DNA from: Balanoglossus misakiensis
Taxonomy: Eukaryota > Animalia > Hemichordata
Length of the DNA stretch: 64,000 nt
Direction of reading: 5' to 3'
Assembly (NCBI GenBank): GCA_040954595.2
Contig: CM082591.2
Coordinates: 6,516,695-6,580,694 of the forward strand
Position 1 is the stretch's first letter, and each line of letters begins with the position of its first letter. The notes below the pieces were generated by a model. That model had not been told where the DNA came from and did no database searches. It was given only the letters and a program-made list of their open reading frames with translations. This document shows, one piece after another, positions 25,695 to 39,085 of this stretch. Both the position numbers and the translations under genes were made by a program.

Positions 25695-28600
25695 TTACAC
25701 GTCGATCTCTGTCATAGCGGGCAGCAGTGACCTTCTCCTGGGCGGCACTCCTTTGCTAGGACCATTGAGAGATTTACTCCGTCCTACACGAGAAGATGAC
25801 AGACAAAGCGAATTGGTAAAACAAACGCCTTTGTGAGTAAAAAGCATATTATGTCAAAGAAAACTACCTTTGTGGGACATACATCATTTTACATGGCACT
25901 CAGAATATTTTACCATATGCGCATTTGTGATTATGTTCATATAGAGAGTACGACCCTTCCCCTTTAAGGAACAAATTCCACAGTAACAAACGACGAACGT
26001 GCAATTTACATTATTTAATGACATTATTTAAAATCAATATGTATTGTTCATAGAAAGATTACCTGAGATGCTACCGTTTGGTCTAAAACTTTCGCGTCTT
26101 CCAACTCCATTTGGGAAGAAACTTTCCCTTCTCCCTACACCTTTCTTGGTCGAACCCGGTGATTTCTTTCTAGCTGGTTTGGGACTGTCAGTAATTTCGT
26201 CGGTAAATGTGACACTGATTCCTGTAGACTCGCCACTGGCTGAAATGAGAAGTGTGATATATGATACATGTGAGATTCTGGTTGAATGTCAACATTATTT
26301 TTTTTCTTTTTGTCACTCGCTTGGATAATGATTTGCATAACTATCTCCGAATTATTCTAGCAATACATTAGGCAAGATTTGCACTACATGTGATAATTAC
26401 TAAAATATTATCGGGGTAGATATATGTCACGTTTGAACTGGAATGTGTTAGATTTGGTTGAAATAAGTTATTACGAGTAGGGATATTAATTAAAATACCT
26501 ATCATTTCTGACGAAGGGCTTGGAGGCTATCGGGATTCGTCAATCAATCTTCATGGGAAAGTACGAGTGGGTCTAATCGTGGCGGGTGTCTTTACAGGAT
26601 GCAAGTAAACTATACTCACACACTGTAGTGACAGCATTAAAATTTTCAAGTGTTTCGATATAGCCTGCAATTTAAAGCTCCTTTATATACCCCATCTCCC
26701 CTCCCCGCTCACCAGCCATCTCTCAGAAAATTCGAGGAAATTTTTAGCAACATATAACCCTGGGCAATCTTGACAGGTTCATCCCAATAATTGAAGAAAC
26801 GCCTTATAATTGTAAATCAGACTTTACGTTGGTTTCCACGCCTGACAAATCCTTGATAAGCCTCACCAATAAGTGACTCATTCTTGCCCCAAACGTTTCC
26901 CGTGGCAACGATTGATTTTCACGCGATATATTGATTTTTTTCCCTTACAGAAAGAACACCCAATGAAACCTGCTAGCAGAAAAACACTGAATTGCTGGAG
27001 GACTTAAAGCATCACCGTTATCTACGTGTGTGCTTGAAAATTTTTCTTGAAAGTGTGCCGATTAGAAATGGTTGGAACTCCTAGTCTAGGTCCTAGTTAA
27101 TATCAACTGATATATAAAGAGAAACAAGGGAAAACAATAAAAGTTTATTTACATTAATTGGCTTCTTTTTTACGTTTATTTTGCCATTTTGCTGTATTTT
27201 CCATGTGTTTAATTTAAAGATAACGTTTTGATAATGTTTTGGATTATTTTTTGTGTGTATTTTGTGTGAGATGGGTACGATAAATTAAGAACATTTTACT
27301 GCATATTTAAGGACAATCCTTTTGTAATGGAACTTTCTGGAAAACTTACTCACCCGTTTGTGGGTTGGTAGTTTTAACCCCGCTGTCTTCACTGCTTTCG
27401 CTGGCCGTGTCGTTTACTTCAATTTCATTGGTGGATTGTGTCGAATAGCCACTAATGCTGCTAAATGTCTGTCCCTGCGTTTTCAAAGCATCCGCTGCGC
27501 CTACCAAGACTCGCTTCCTCTTTTTGGGGAGTTTGGCCCTTGCCTGGGCGTGCGTGTAGTACAGCGCGAAGTTATTGACGATGACAGGCACCGGGAGGGC
27601 GATGGTGAGCACGCCGAAGACGGCACAGATGGCGCCAACGATCATGCCCGACGGCGTCCGGGGCACCATGTCGCCGTAGCCGAGGGTGGTCATTGTCACA
27701 ACGGCCCACCAGAAGCCGATGGGGATGTTCTTGAAGTCGTTCCTGGCGTTCTCCTCGGCCAGCCACTTCTCGGCGTAATAGACCAAGCTGGCGAAGACGA
27801 GGATGCCGAGACCGAGGAAGATGATGAGAAGGAGCAGCTCCTTGGCACTTGCTTTGATGGTGTGGACGAGAATCTTGAGCCCACTGAAATGTCTCGTCAG
27901 CTTGCCGATACGGAAAATCCTGACGATCCGGGCGAAGCTGAGAATGTCGTTGGCCGTGCCGCTCACGTTGACGCCGGCAATCTTGCAGATGGCGTCCACG
28001 TAGAACGGGACGATGGCCAAAAAGTCGATGATATTCTGGGCACTTTTGTAAAATTCCAATTTGCTCGGACAGAAGGTGAAACGCAGGATCATTTCCACCG
28101 TGAAGAACGTCACACACACGGCTTCGATGTAGAAGAGTTCGTCTTTCGGGTGGTAGTCGACTATGACCGTTGTGTTGGTGACTGGGTCCTCCATGTAGAC
28201 CGGCTCTTGGAAGGTGCTTGTGGTTTCCAGGCAGAAAGTAATAATGGATATGCAGACAAACATCAGAGAAATTGCCGCCAGTAACTGAAAAAGACAAAAA
28301 TGTGCGAAGGTTGTCGTAAATCAGTCGTATTTTTTAGTTCAATGATGGAGACGTGTATTCTTTTTCCCGCCAAAAGCTGGAGCGCCAACGCTATTACAGT
28401 TGTGCGCGCAGATGATAAGTGCGTCTACAGATTTGTAACATTAGTACATGTACGAATTCATGAATTATATACTCACGCTTTACCTTTCGTTTTCACGAGT
28501 TGACCTTTCTATACTCAATGATTTTGAAATTATATATCTTTTTGATAATGAAATAGAATTTTTTCCTTCGTCAATACCAGTTTTGGCGGGAAAATGTTTT

Positions 28601-31600
28601 CTATTCTGTCAACGGTAACACAAGACACAATAAAATACTGATAGTCAACATCTTTGTTGGCGCCATTGTGTCCCAAGGAGCAGGGGTCGTGCCGCGGCTG
28701 CGTTTTTGTCAAATACCACACAGCTACAAAGTACTTCATTGCAAATACCACACAGCTACAAAGTACTTCATTGCAAACAATGTGGTTGTTACTTTGTATT
28801 ATACACTGTAAATCACAACAAACAATGCGTCGTGACATTTTATCATATTTCAAATTCACTTTGATATACAATGTATTGGTTTTGTAGGCAGGGACTCCCT
28901 GAACAATGCACATGGTGTGTTGGCAAACACAAAAGTCGCGCATGTGCAGTTCAGACGACCCGCCCCTTTAACAGTTGCCAGTGGTACATACACTTGCATT
29001 ATTTTTGTCGCGGTTTGTTGCTATTGGAACGGGCAACGGCCTTGCCATGCCGAGACTCCCGTATTCTTCAGAATTTCCTACAAAGCCATTTAAACCACAT
29101 GTCTCGGAATGGCGGATCCAGACGGCATCGATTACCGCCAAAGGCGAAATAATTGATCGTACGCATGCGTCAAACAAATCGCAGAAAATGACTATGATAG
29201 GGGCATCACAAGTCCAATAAAATCAGGCTATGTCAATTTTGTTGAAATGGGGCGACCGAGCTCGTTTTCAGCAAATTCACGTTTCCCTTTTTCTGGTGAA
29301 GAGTAATGTATTGTTGTTATGGTAATCAGTGACGAGTCTGACTTATGAAGGTGACTTTTTGGTATGAAAATTGTACATTAAGGCCAGTGGCCTATAGTTC
29401 CGAATAAAGAATGGTGATAAATTCTCTTTTTTCGTGAGAACAACGAACATTTTCGGTTTCAGGCATACAGTGTCTGACTATCGAAATGTACGTCGCCAGT
29501 ATTTCGTCAGAAAATGAGATATAGAAGAAGTCAAGCAACCATCTAGAATATAGTCACAACATCACATCCTGAAATACATCAGAAAGTAAACTTGTAATTT
29601 TACAATACAACCGTGCCAAGTCACCAGGCTCACGAAATCATCAGGTTATTTTGGGATGAAGTTCTTTTTTCAAGGAAATGGTAAGTTTTCCATTATATGA
29701 CATCCTGTGTGGTTAACCAAGCAATCCAATGCTCTTGGTGATTTTTTTCTGAGCTTGTTCTCGAAATAAAGATTAATAATTTAAGATACAATTTTGTGTT
29801 GTATGTAGGAAGTGATGAGATATCTAACTCTGCCCGGCCGTTTGAAGGAGTTTCCAGTGGAGATTGTTTTACAACCTGACAGCTGGTTAAGGCAGAGTTT
29901 TAAAAGCTTCGATTTATCAAAGACTTGTCAGCGCCACAAAATAACTATTTGACCAGTTTGTCGCTGTGTAAACAGATTTCTGTCAATCCCAACTCGTTAA
30001 ACATTTCTTCCTAAACACTGAGACATTAAGATATAAAATCTTAATAGGAGTCGATGGTGCATGATGTTAAATAAATTTCAAGATAAGCTTCCGGCCAGGG
30101 TAGCCCTGGTAGGTATATGATAATAATCGATATGCTAATAATTGGTGTCGTGTGTTATACATTTGCATACATATCAGGCTTCTTGTTGGTTACAAAGTGG
30201 GCGATCACCCACAGGCTAGAGACAGGCTTATACCAAGAGACAATATTATGCGTCCTTAACAAATGGCAAAGTCGCGTGTATAAAATAGAAGAAAACCTAA
30301 ATATTGTGAATCATAGTGACTGCAGAAGTTAAACCGTACTTTTTGAAGTAAAATTTTGATGACGTCACCGTGGTGAATTCTCAAGTAAATTTTGTACTGA
30401 TATTTAAAGCCTAGGAAAATGACCTCTTTTTATGATATCAGTAAATTCCGGTGTCCATCTTTCTAGTCCATTGTGATGGTTTTGTGCTATCGTTTTACTA
30501 TGACTACATATACCACACTCATATCTCATTGTCAGATACGTTGTACTGCTTCTTTCGTTTGAATAAGCCGCATTCTACCTATTTTCATTGCTAAGTGCGA
30601 CACACATTGTGATTTTACCAATGTTATTCTCAGCTGCTCTAAAGGCAAGGCCATGCACACACTGACTCGGTCATCGGTGACGTCACAGATCGATACCGTA
30701 TCTGAGAGAGGGCGCTTGAACTGCGTTCCTGTTTCTTGTTATCACTCCGGTTTTAAGTCGTAAAATGTTCTAATGCTACAAATGTATCCAGGTGCTTCTG
30801 ACAAACAAGTCTGTTTGTTCGCAGCTTTGAACTTTTCACTCGTTATATTCAATCATAATATTGCCACATCACTATTACAAATGCTGACGGCATTATTATT
30901 CGTTCATATTGTTTACAGCCAGGACGCATTTGGAAAAGTATTGTGAGAAAGATGAGAATACAGAAACGTCGCTCCTTCTTATGATGTTACCAATGCAATA
31001 CTACAGGACTGCGCCAATTTGGAACATTTAACATGCATTAGAGTTAAAACACACAGTGGTAAATATAATAAGTCTTTGTGAAAGCTTGCCCTCTATCACC
31101 TTTTTACTTGTTTTACTTTTCGTGTTCCATTATATGAAAATAAACATGAAGTAGTCGTGTTCGACAATAAGGATAAAGTGTGAAGATCTTTAAAGTTCTC
31201 TTATTTTAAATATTTGCCATGCTGCAGTTTGGATGAGAGAGCAGAGAATACTGTATACGCTCTCCCCCTCCCGAATAATACTTTTAAAAGGATGGACAAG
31301 CAGGCACTGATCCCGTTTTGAATAACAAACGATAACCCACTACAAAATGCGTCACCTTTCAGCAGAGGTTAAGTGCACGCAGTGGCGGGAATATGGCAGA
31401 TGGTTGTGACACTACCCGGATCGTTTTCAGAAGGCATGACGTCATTCCAGTCTTGTGCGGTTCTGGAGAACGTCAATAAACCCATCAAAAGCGAAGACTT
31501 GTTTGTCGCAGGATTCCACTCGCTTGTATTTCACCACACGTTCAATCTTTACCACGTTAATCAATTTTGACTTTGAAATAAAATGACGGCATTTAACAAT

Positions 31601-34600
31601 CTGATTCAAATGAATAACATTGACATGTGACACGATTGTTTAAGCCCCTTTTGTAATGTATGTATGTATGTATGTATGTATGTATGTATGTATGTATGTA
31701 TGTATGTATGTATGTATGTATGTATGTATGTATGTATGTATGTATGTATGTATGTATGTATGTATGTATGTATGTATGTATGTATGTATGTACGATTAAT
31801 GGATACATAGCGAATTTTAGTAATTATTACTTTGATTTTTCGCAAGAATGACATTCAAAGAAGTTAGCGCCCATCAAGACGCTCGATTACCTAAATTTAA
31901 CGGGGAATATTTTTTTTTAATCCAACGATTTGCAACTTTTGGGTTTAAGTGGAAGGTTATTTCGTGTGTGCTGTTTCCGTATAGTGGGCCAAGTTTTGAC
32001 ATCGCTAAAATGCGGAATATGGGGAACTTTCCCAAGAAGCAAAACAGATAGGCCTAACTTCTGTGAAAATTAGAACGGTACAAAAAGCACAATTTCACCT
32101 AATAATCTGGACTTGCTGATACAATAGTGTTGAAAACAACACCGCCGCTCAATAACGACCACAGTGTATAAGATTGTCACTCATTTTACGCTGTGTAATT
32201 TCCGAATCTGATTTGAATTCCATATGCTGCACGCCCGCAGTTGCTATGGTAAATGTAGTCTCGTTGCCAATGTAAAATTAGTCATAAATTGTGATAAACG
32301 CGGAAAGTTTTAATGGGCCCTTGCTCTTTCTATGGTTATCTGGATCTTCGTTGTCGAACTGCCGTGTGAAAAGTGCCCGATTAACTCACGCTTGTCAACG
32401 TTATATTTATGAATAAATTTTGAAATAACTCCAGCGCAGAAATGGTGAGTGGCTGAAAGTGTGATTTCGGCTAAACTGGGACCGACTGATCTGTAGAAAC
32501 TTTCACGGGAAAACACTGCCCATGTTTCAAGTCCAAACAAGGGTGAAAATTAAATGGGTTCGTCTCTAGCAATATCGATGTCAGGGTAACGTTACTTCAT
32601 ACTACAATGATAAAAAAGATACAGACGATTAACTGAGGAGACAGACAGGCGGACAAGTACAGGCAGGCAGACAGTCAGTCTGTCATATGGAAAAAAACAG
32701 ACAGACAGGTAGGCAAGCAGGCAGACAGACAGACAGTCAGTCAGATGGAAAAACAGATATACATACAGACAGACAGATGGAAAAACAGACATACATACAG
32801 ACAGACAGACAACGGGTGACAAACATCCAGAAAAAAATACAAATGTCTATACAAACAGATCTAGCAAGAAACTGGTGTATTTAACAATATATCATAAGCC
32901 AGCTAAAAAAACTTCACTGTAATGTTGATACCGTTAATGTTTAATACAGTCAATATGAAGCGTTGCCGTGTTTGATGGTTTGTGTGTAGGGTATTAGCTT
33001 TATGAGTTGACACAGCTGGTAGTTTTCCAACATTTTCACAGAGAAGTATCTCAGCGCAAGGCGTCGAGTCAACCTTGAGATGTAAACAGACGTGCAGTCG
33101 CTGTGTTGCAACCCTTCACTAAGTTTTAGAAGAAACAGATCGTGTGCAAAAACTGAAACAAAAACACTGAACCCAAAACAGAAAATTTCCAGAAAGAAAT
33201 AGTTGGTTTTTGAGAGTAGATCTATGCTTGAATCTGTGAAAGATTTATGGCTCATTTTATTACCCCGATCAATAGGATGTTCATGAATTATTTATTTGAG
33301 CGAAAGGTAATATTATTTTGTTTAGCAACCACCGGTGATTGTAACACATTGTCCTGGCTGTGGCTCTTTGTGCTAAATATTACGTCGCTTAGAAATCCCG
33401 CTTATGTCCTACTTCATGTTGTTTGGTCTCAAAATTGTGCAACAGACTTGCAGGGTTATCGCCGAACAGCAAGTTAGTTAACTCTCTGTGTAATGTAAGT
33501 GGCACTGCAATTCAACAATTAAAGGGAGGATGTCGCACGAACTGCACATGTGCGACATTTCACGTCGCGGCCATTAGTGGGAAACCCCAGGGACACCCGC
33601 CAACCAATATAGCAAAGTAATTTTAGAATGTGATAAAAGTACCAATGCATAGTTTGTGATTCAAAGTAACATAATTTTGTTAGCAATGATGTACATTGTA
33701 CATTGAAACAGTCACACTTTAGGTGACAGTATTTTAACTTGCTACAATTGTGGTCTATGGGACTCATATCTGAAGCCGTCCGCAGTGGGAAAACCACTAT
33801 TATTTAATCTCTTAAGGCATTATTTTCTAAGCTGTACTTGGTAACGTTTTTGTCACAATAACGCACAAATGCTCCATGTTTTACCACCGTTTTAGACATG
33901 ATATTATATGAAAAAGGCCCACCATTATGTTGATAGAGTACGACTTGCATTCATTTAGATAATAAGGTACTTTTGACCAATTTCTCCACAACTTCAAACG
34001 TGTTCGCAAGCTTTTACAGTTGTGATGTATTTAAAGTCTTGGCGCTGCGCAAAGTAGAGTACGCTGTAATCTGCGCATTCTAAGACATTCCATGTGTACT
34101 GATACATCTGTAGATAATATCTGATTTTTCTTTATGTTTAAAAATCCACTAAAATAGATTAATAATTTGTGATATTTTATCGCGGTTAGCATTGTTCGCA
34201 ATGCGCTTGACTGGATCTCATGAAAACAACACGGATATCATAATGTTTAAGTAATTGATTTTGCCCGGAAAATAAATATAACTAGGCATCTAACTTGCAA
34301 AGCGTAAACACCGGGTTGGAAAAGGCAACGCCCTCATCATATATTATTGCCTAGAAGTTAGCTATTGTTCACACCCTGATGAGAGTACTGGTATTTTCTT
34401 GTCGCTTTTGAATTTTTTGAAATTATCATCTTGCATTGCATATGGTGGCCGGTTTGCTTACTTGCTGAGTGAGTTAGCACGGTTGGTTTGGGTTCTAACC
34501 CGTAAAATACAAGTTGATTTGTGATTATAATAATACTCACCGTCGCCCATCGTGATGAGTAGGGTTCCTCAAAAAGTGTCCATATTTTCGGTTGCCACTT

Positions 34601-35161
34601 CTCCCAGCGTGTCTCTTTGGCAAAACCGCCCGACTCCTCGATTCCGAATCTCCTGGCGATGTCGTCATCGCCGTTGTCGACGTTACTGTCCTCCCAGTCG
34701 GGGCCGTTCAGTTTGGCCAGCGTCTCTTGCGCGTCTCGGTGCTGCGTGTACGTTGCCCAGCAGCAGGGCTCGATCTGTTTCTCGTCGATGCCCCAGTACT
34801 GCAGCTCCTCCTCGAAGAGCGGCCCGCACACGTCGTTGGGGCAGTGCAGCTTGCCCGTGCGGTAGTAGTTCAAGATGGCCAGGAAGACTCCCGGGTGGCG
34901 GTCGAAGAAGTACTCCCCGGTGCGCGCGTCGTAGTCGGCGTTGTTGGCCGTGGTCTGCGTCAGCCACGCCAGCCGCGTGTCCGGGATGTTTCTCAGCGTC
35001 GACTTGTACGTCTCGTGCCGAACCCCGCCGACGTTGATGTAAATTTTGTTGTCGCGTCGCCTGGGCACGTTGGTCATCTCTCCGTCGGCGTTGTGTCCGC
35101 CGCTCGGCGATTTTTCCCCTCCATCTCCCCGCGGGGAACGTCGGCTTGATGAGGCACTCAT
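25695..35161 (-). CDS. KCNC: Voltage-gated potassium channel, Kv3/Shaw (KCNC) subfamily, about 605 aa, 4 coding exons
   Basis: Exons 35161-34541, 28284-27354, 26239-26063 and 25783-25695 are all GT-AG with consistent phases (0,1,1). The T1 domain carries the Kv3 signature FFDRHP...[38 protein letters not shown]4-S5 reads [21 protein letters not shown], the pore TMTTLGYGD and S6 [10 protein letters not shown]. The last two exons are less certain. Confidence 0.93.
28716..28971 (+). mobile_element. Dispersed repeat family copy (TTAA-flanked non-autonomous element fragment)
   Basis: Shares CATTGCAAACAATG..TTGTTACTTTGTA..., CTCCCTGAACA and CATGTGCAGT.CAGAC...CCCCTTTAA with copies at about 45950-46171 (+), about 37845-37935 (partial) and about 33519-33705 (reverse). 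Confidence 0.7.
31657..31792. repeat. (TATG)n microsatellite
   Basis: Perfect tetranucleotide run within Kv intron 1. Confidence 0.97.
32640..32810. repeat. Degenerate (CAGA)n simple repeat
   Basis: ACAG/GCAG/ATAC-rich low-complexity tract. Confidence 0.75.
33519..33705 (-). mobile_element. Inverted copy of the dispersed TTAA-AGGG repeat family
   Basis: TTAAAGGGAGGATGTCGCACGAACTGCACATGTGCGAC is the reverse complement of the end of the copies at about 28971 and 46171. Confidence 0.6.
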
Positions 35162-35906
35162 ATTTCCCTGAAAACTTGTGATCCTTTTTTGCAAGAAAGT
35201 GAAAAATGGAAGGAAATTTAATGAAAGTAATTTGTAAAACTGTTATGTTACGATCGCGTACTTTCAAGATGGTGGTCAGTTTAGCATGCTGCTCCCGAAA
35301 GAAGTGCTGAGATTCTTAAATCGACTGATGAAGGCGAAAAATCGACGCGAACCCATACTCTCCATGTGAGATGCACTTCTGTCCGGTCAGTGTATTGGGG
35401 TGCGATGCTCTCTGTTCAAAAATGCAAATGTCCCCTTACGCTCGTCGTTTCCATGTTTACGCGCTGGGTACGCGGTATCTCTACGGTTGCCAACGAACGC
35501 GATCATCAAAATATAGCGGAGACACAGAGACAAAAAACCCGGCTCCGCAGTCAATAGCAGGACTGGAGTATTGTTCGATAAAAGTTATCAAAAATTCAAA
35601 GGATGAAACATCTGCAGCCAATCAAACGACAGAACGCATGCGCAGAGGGACTGCACCTGCCTGTTAAGACAGGTGCGTGAAATCGATTTCAGATAGCGAC
35701 GATGACACGATCTTTATTATGCAAATAAGTCATTTAGATCTCCTGGAGTAAATCAAGACATATTTATTCTACGCGAGGTGGATATTGTCAAACGCTTTTC
35801 GTTGCTTTTCCCCATGCACGAAAATATTTTGTAAAAATCCCTGCATCATTACGTGAGAGCTGCGGCCCAAGTTCCACGGAATGAGCACGGATGGATGGAG
35901 TGTTAT

Positions 35907-35920
35907 GTTGCTATGGTAAC
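35907..35920. promoter_or_regulatory. RFX X-box motif upstream of the Kv3 gene
   Basis: GTTGCTATGGTAAC matches the canonical X-box (GTTGCYATGGYAAC) about 750 bp 5' of the Kv3 ATG. Function not tested. Confidence 0.5.
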
Positions 35921-37540
35921 AAACAGCATCTCAACATCACGTTGACATGAAAGAAATCAATTCGCGTGAGTGGGTAGTGTTTAAATCACGTGGGAGGATG
36001 AGTTTGCCCTTGGCTGCCATCTTGTAAGGTTCCCTCCTCTAAAGTTTCTCATAGAACTTTAGAAGATTGAATAGGGCCTACAAGTATATGAGCGCGTAAG
36101 TCATGGGGTCGAGTATACTGACCAAGACGGTAACCGAAACCAGAAGCCCAGCCCCGAATTCGGAACTCAGCCCAGTACCAATAACTCGGTCAAAGCAAGC
36201 AAACGCACAAAAAGTATAGAGAATATGTATAAAGACAAACAAACACCAAGCGACTAGTGGGCTAGTCTACCGAACCTGGGGTTTGCGTCGCTTTAAAAGA
36301 CATCCGTACTGGACTATGAATTTTCCCCTAAGTTCTGTCAAAACTTGGAAATCTGTTCAAACAACAGTACTAGCCAGAGCAACCTACAATAAATCATTTT
36401 ATTTGAGACATTGTCAAAGTAACATTGATAAATCGTGTTGGATTTTCTCGGGGCATTTCATCTCCCCATGAAATATTCAATCGCGCATAGATTTTTTATG
36501 AAAGCCAATCCCAGCAAATCCCTGGAAAAATATCGATATCGAACGCGCAATCACGATGCCCGCATGGCACTTTTGCAGGTGCATTTCGATTTCATGGACT
36601 GCGAATAATTCCCGTAAGATTTCATTTTTAGGGATTTTTTCTGCGGCGTCTGCTAAGTTCAAGGGAGATAAAATTGACCCAAGTGTAACAATTGACTGGA
36701 GAAGTTGGCGCCTCGCTGCCCGGAAGCTTTCATAACTTTGTCACATTGTAGTACAAAGGCAAATATGCGGCGTCAGATCAACCAACTACGTGTCTTCAAA
36801 TCAGCAATGACACAAGTCACAGACAGATATGGTCTATGTTAATGACAATATCATCACCAGCCTCGATAATTATGTTAAACCTGACCCGCTTCCATGTTTA
36901 AAAACAAGTATGAGATGAGAGGTCACACTTGTTGGTGCTAGCCGTTTCGATAGAATCGCACTTCTTTCTTACTGTTTCGATGTTCTTTTCTAGTTTTTGG
37001 CTGAAATTCGCGTTTAGTGTTACTGATACAAGCAGAATATTTGATGCAAAATACCTTTAACTCTTCAACCTGAACACGTCCTCTACTCCATTCCAAATGT
37101 TTGCGATGAAGTGCTAAGCACTGGGTCCTATTGGCTTTTACAGGGAGCTTAAAGTACTTTCTACTTTTATTGCTATTGTTTTGGTGAACTGTTTGCATGT
37201 CAGCAAAGTCTAGATTTTCGACGAAATCATTTCCACGAAAATGTGGTCACAATAAACCTTCGAACCTGGAATTTATGACATCATTGCTCCCTTTCTCTGA
37301 ATCGTTGCGTCACCAAATTAATCGACTCTCGACTCAAATTCTTTACAGGGACATTGAAATCGCGGTGTTTACTGCGTGTTGCCTGGTTCCCGTACGTGAA
37401 CGTGAGCTTACGAGTTGTTCGCGACCTTTTCGCGGAAAACCCCGTTTCAGCGAATCCTCATTTTTATACGAACATACTGCGTCACTCGGCTAGTCTCCTG
37501 GTTACCCTGGCGAACGATTGGTTTAAGTTTTCCGCGACCC

Positions 37541-37732
37541 TTAAAGGTATACGGTCATCTCCAATTTACATATCGCCATATATAGCTGAAATGGCGTATT
37601 TGAGCGTTCTTAAGAACATATGGTGGCGCTCTTTTTTAGCGTGTGCCACCCACTGAAAATCTGTGATTGTTCAGATCTCAATTTACCATCGTAACTATAG
37701 CTAAATTTGCATAGGTGACGGTATACCTTTAA
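37541..37732. mobile_element. Short MITE with TTAA flanks
   Basis: TTAAAGGTATACGGTCATCT ... AGGTGACGGTATACCTTTAA form terminal inverted repeats. Confidence 0.75.
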
Positions 37733-38247
37733 AGCACCATCTCTAAAATACAATCTTGACTAGTCTGATCTGCACGTTCTGCCTGAGACCAATAAACTAT
37801 TTACTGGCATGTCAAATTTGGCACAAAGTACATGTACTAGTATAACTGCTACAGTGTACATCATTGCAAACAATGTGGTTGTTACTTTGTAGTACAATGT
37901 ACATCAAGGCAAACAATGCACCGTTACTTTTTCACGCATTTCCAATTTACCGCAGTTGAAATTTGAAAGATTTGGTTGAAAGAAGATATTTGTGGCATGG
38001 TTATTGATATAAAATCACCTCCCAGCTTAGACGTAGATGCTGTGAAATGGCTTTGAAGCGCGATCGATACTCAATTTTCACGGGTAAGTACGAATCGGTG
38101 TAATCGGTGCGACTGTTTGCACAGGAGGCACGTAAACTACTTGCATGTTGTAGTGACAACAGATTAATATTTTTTACGTTTGTCCATGCAGCCTATAGTA
38201 GCAATATACAAAATCTACGTTTATGCCTCTGTCTGCCTTCTTGCATG

Positions 38248-38267
38248 TATCTATCTATCTATCTATA

Positions 38268-38308
<41 letters not shown>

Positions 38309-38309
38309 C

Positions 38310-38343
<34 letters not shown>
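38248..38343. repeat. (TATC)n / (CT)n microsatellite
   Basis: Direct reading. Confidence 0.9.
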
Positions 38344-39034
38344 CGACTTTCTTTTATGCACAACCACTTGTCTTCCATGTCAGCCAAGTATCAGAAAGTA
38401 TTTATGACTACCTAAATGATTATCATTAGAATGTACAAGATAGTAGGCCCCACTATATTATTGACTCTATTGTCTTAGAAGCACAGTTTCCAATGACTGT
38501 TTTCCTTCAGACTGCAAAAAAGATGCCAATACAATGTAATTATAGTAAACAGACGAAAGCCTCAAACAAAAATACCCACCAAAGCAATACTGCATGACGT
38601 CATTCTGATAGGGCATATCGCTCATAAATTGTGCTTTTTTTTCAAGTGATCGATTTTACCTTTATAAAAGTTCCGGATATTGAATATCATATTTCCAAGT
38701 GCCTGAGTTTAACATTTAGAAATTACGTTGCCATGGTATCCGATGATCTGGTTACCGAAATATTGCAGCCGTGAATTCACAATGACGTCATAGACGCGTC
38801 CAGATTGACGTATTTTCATGGTTGCTAATGTATCGAACACACAGTGGTGGCTCCATGACTAGGGTAATAGAGCATAGTTGTAAACAGGTTTGAGTTTATG
38901 GCGAGGGCATAGTGTTTCGCTGGGTAGTGTACATGATATAAGATGCCCAGAGAGATATTTCTCTCTCTATATATACAACATGTGAAGATGTTGTTAGTAA
39001 CAGACGGCCATTCATATAGATGCATAGTTTTCCA

Positions 39035-39035
<1 letters not shown>

Positions 39036-39082
<47 letters not shown>
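39036..39082. repeat. (TACA)n microsatellite
   Basis: Direct reading. Confidence 0.9.

Positions 39083-39085
<3 letters not shown>

Noticed and set aside
27358-28297. Long overlapping ORFs (308 aa plus strand, 241 aa alternative minus frame)
   Set aside because: These are shadow ORFs of the GC3-rich Kv3 exon, with no recognisable domains. The same applies at 34552-35267.
31593-31854. YIHT/MYVC repeat ORFs (also at 44521-44910, 38107-38429 and 49985-50352)
   Set aside because: These are translations of tetranucleotide microsatellites.
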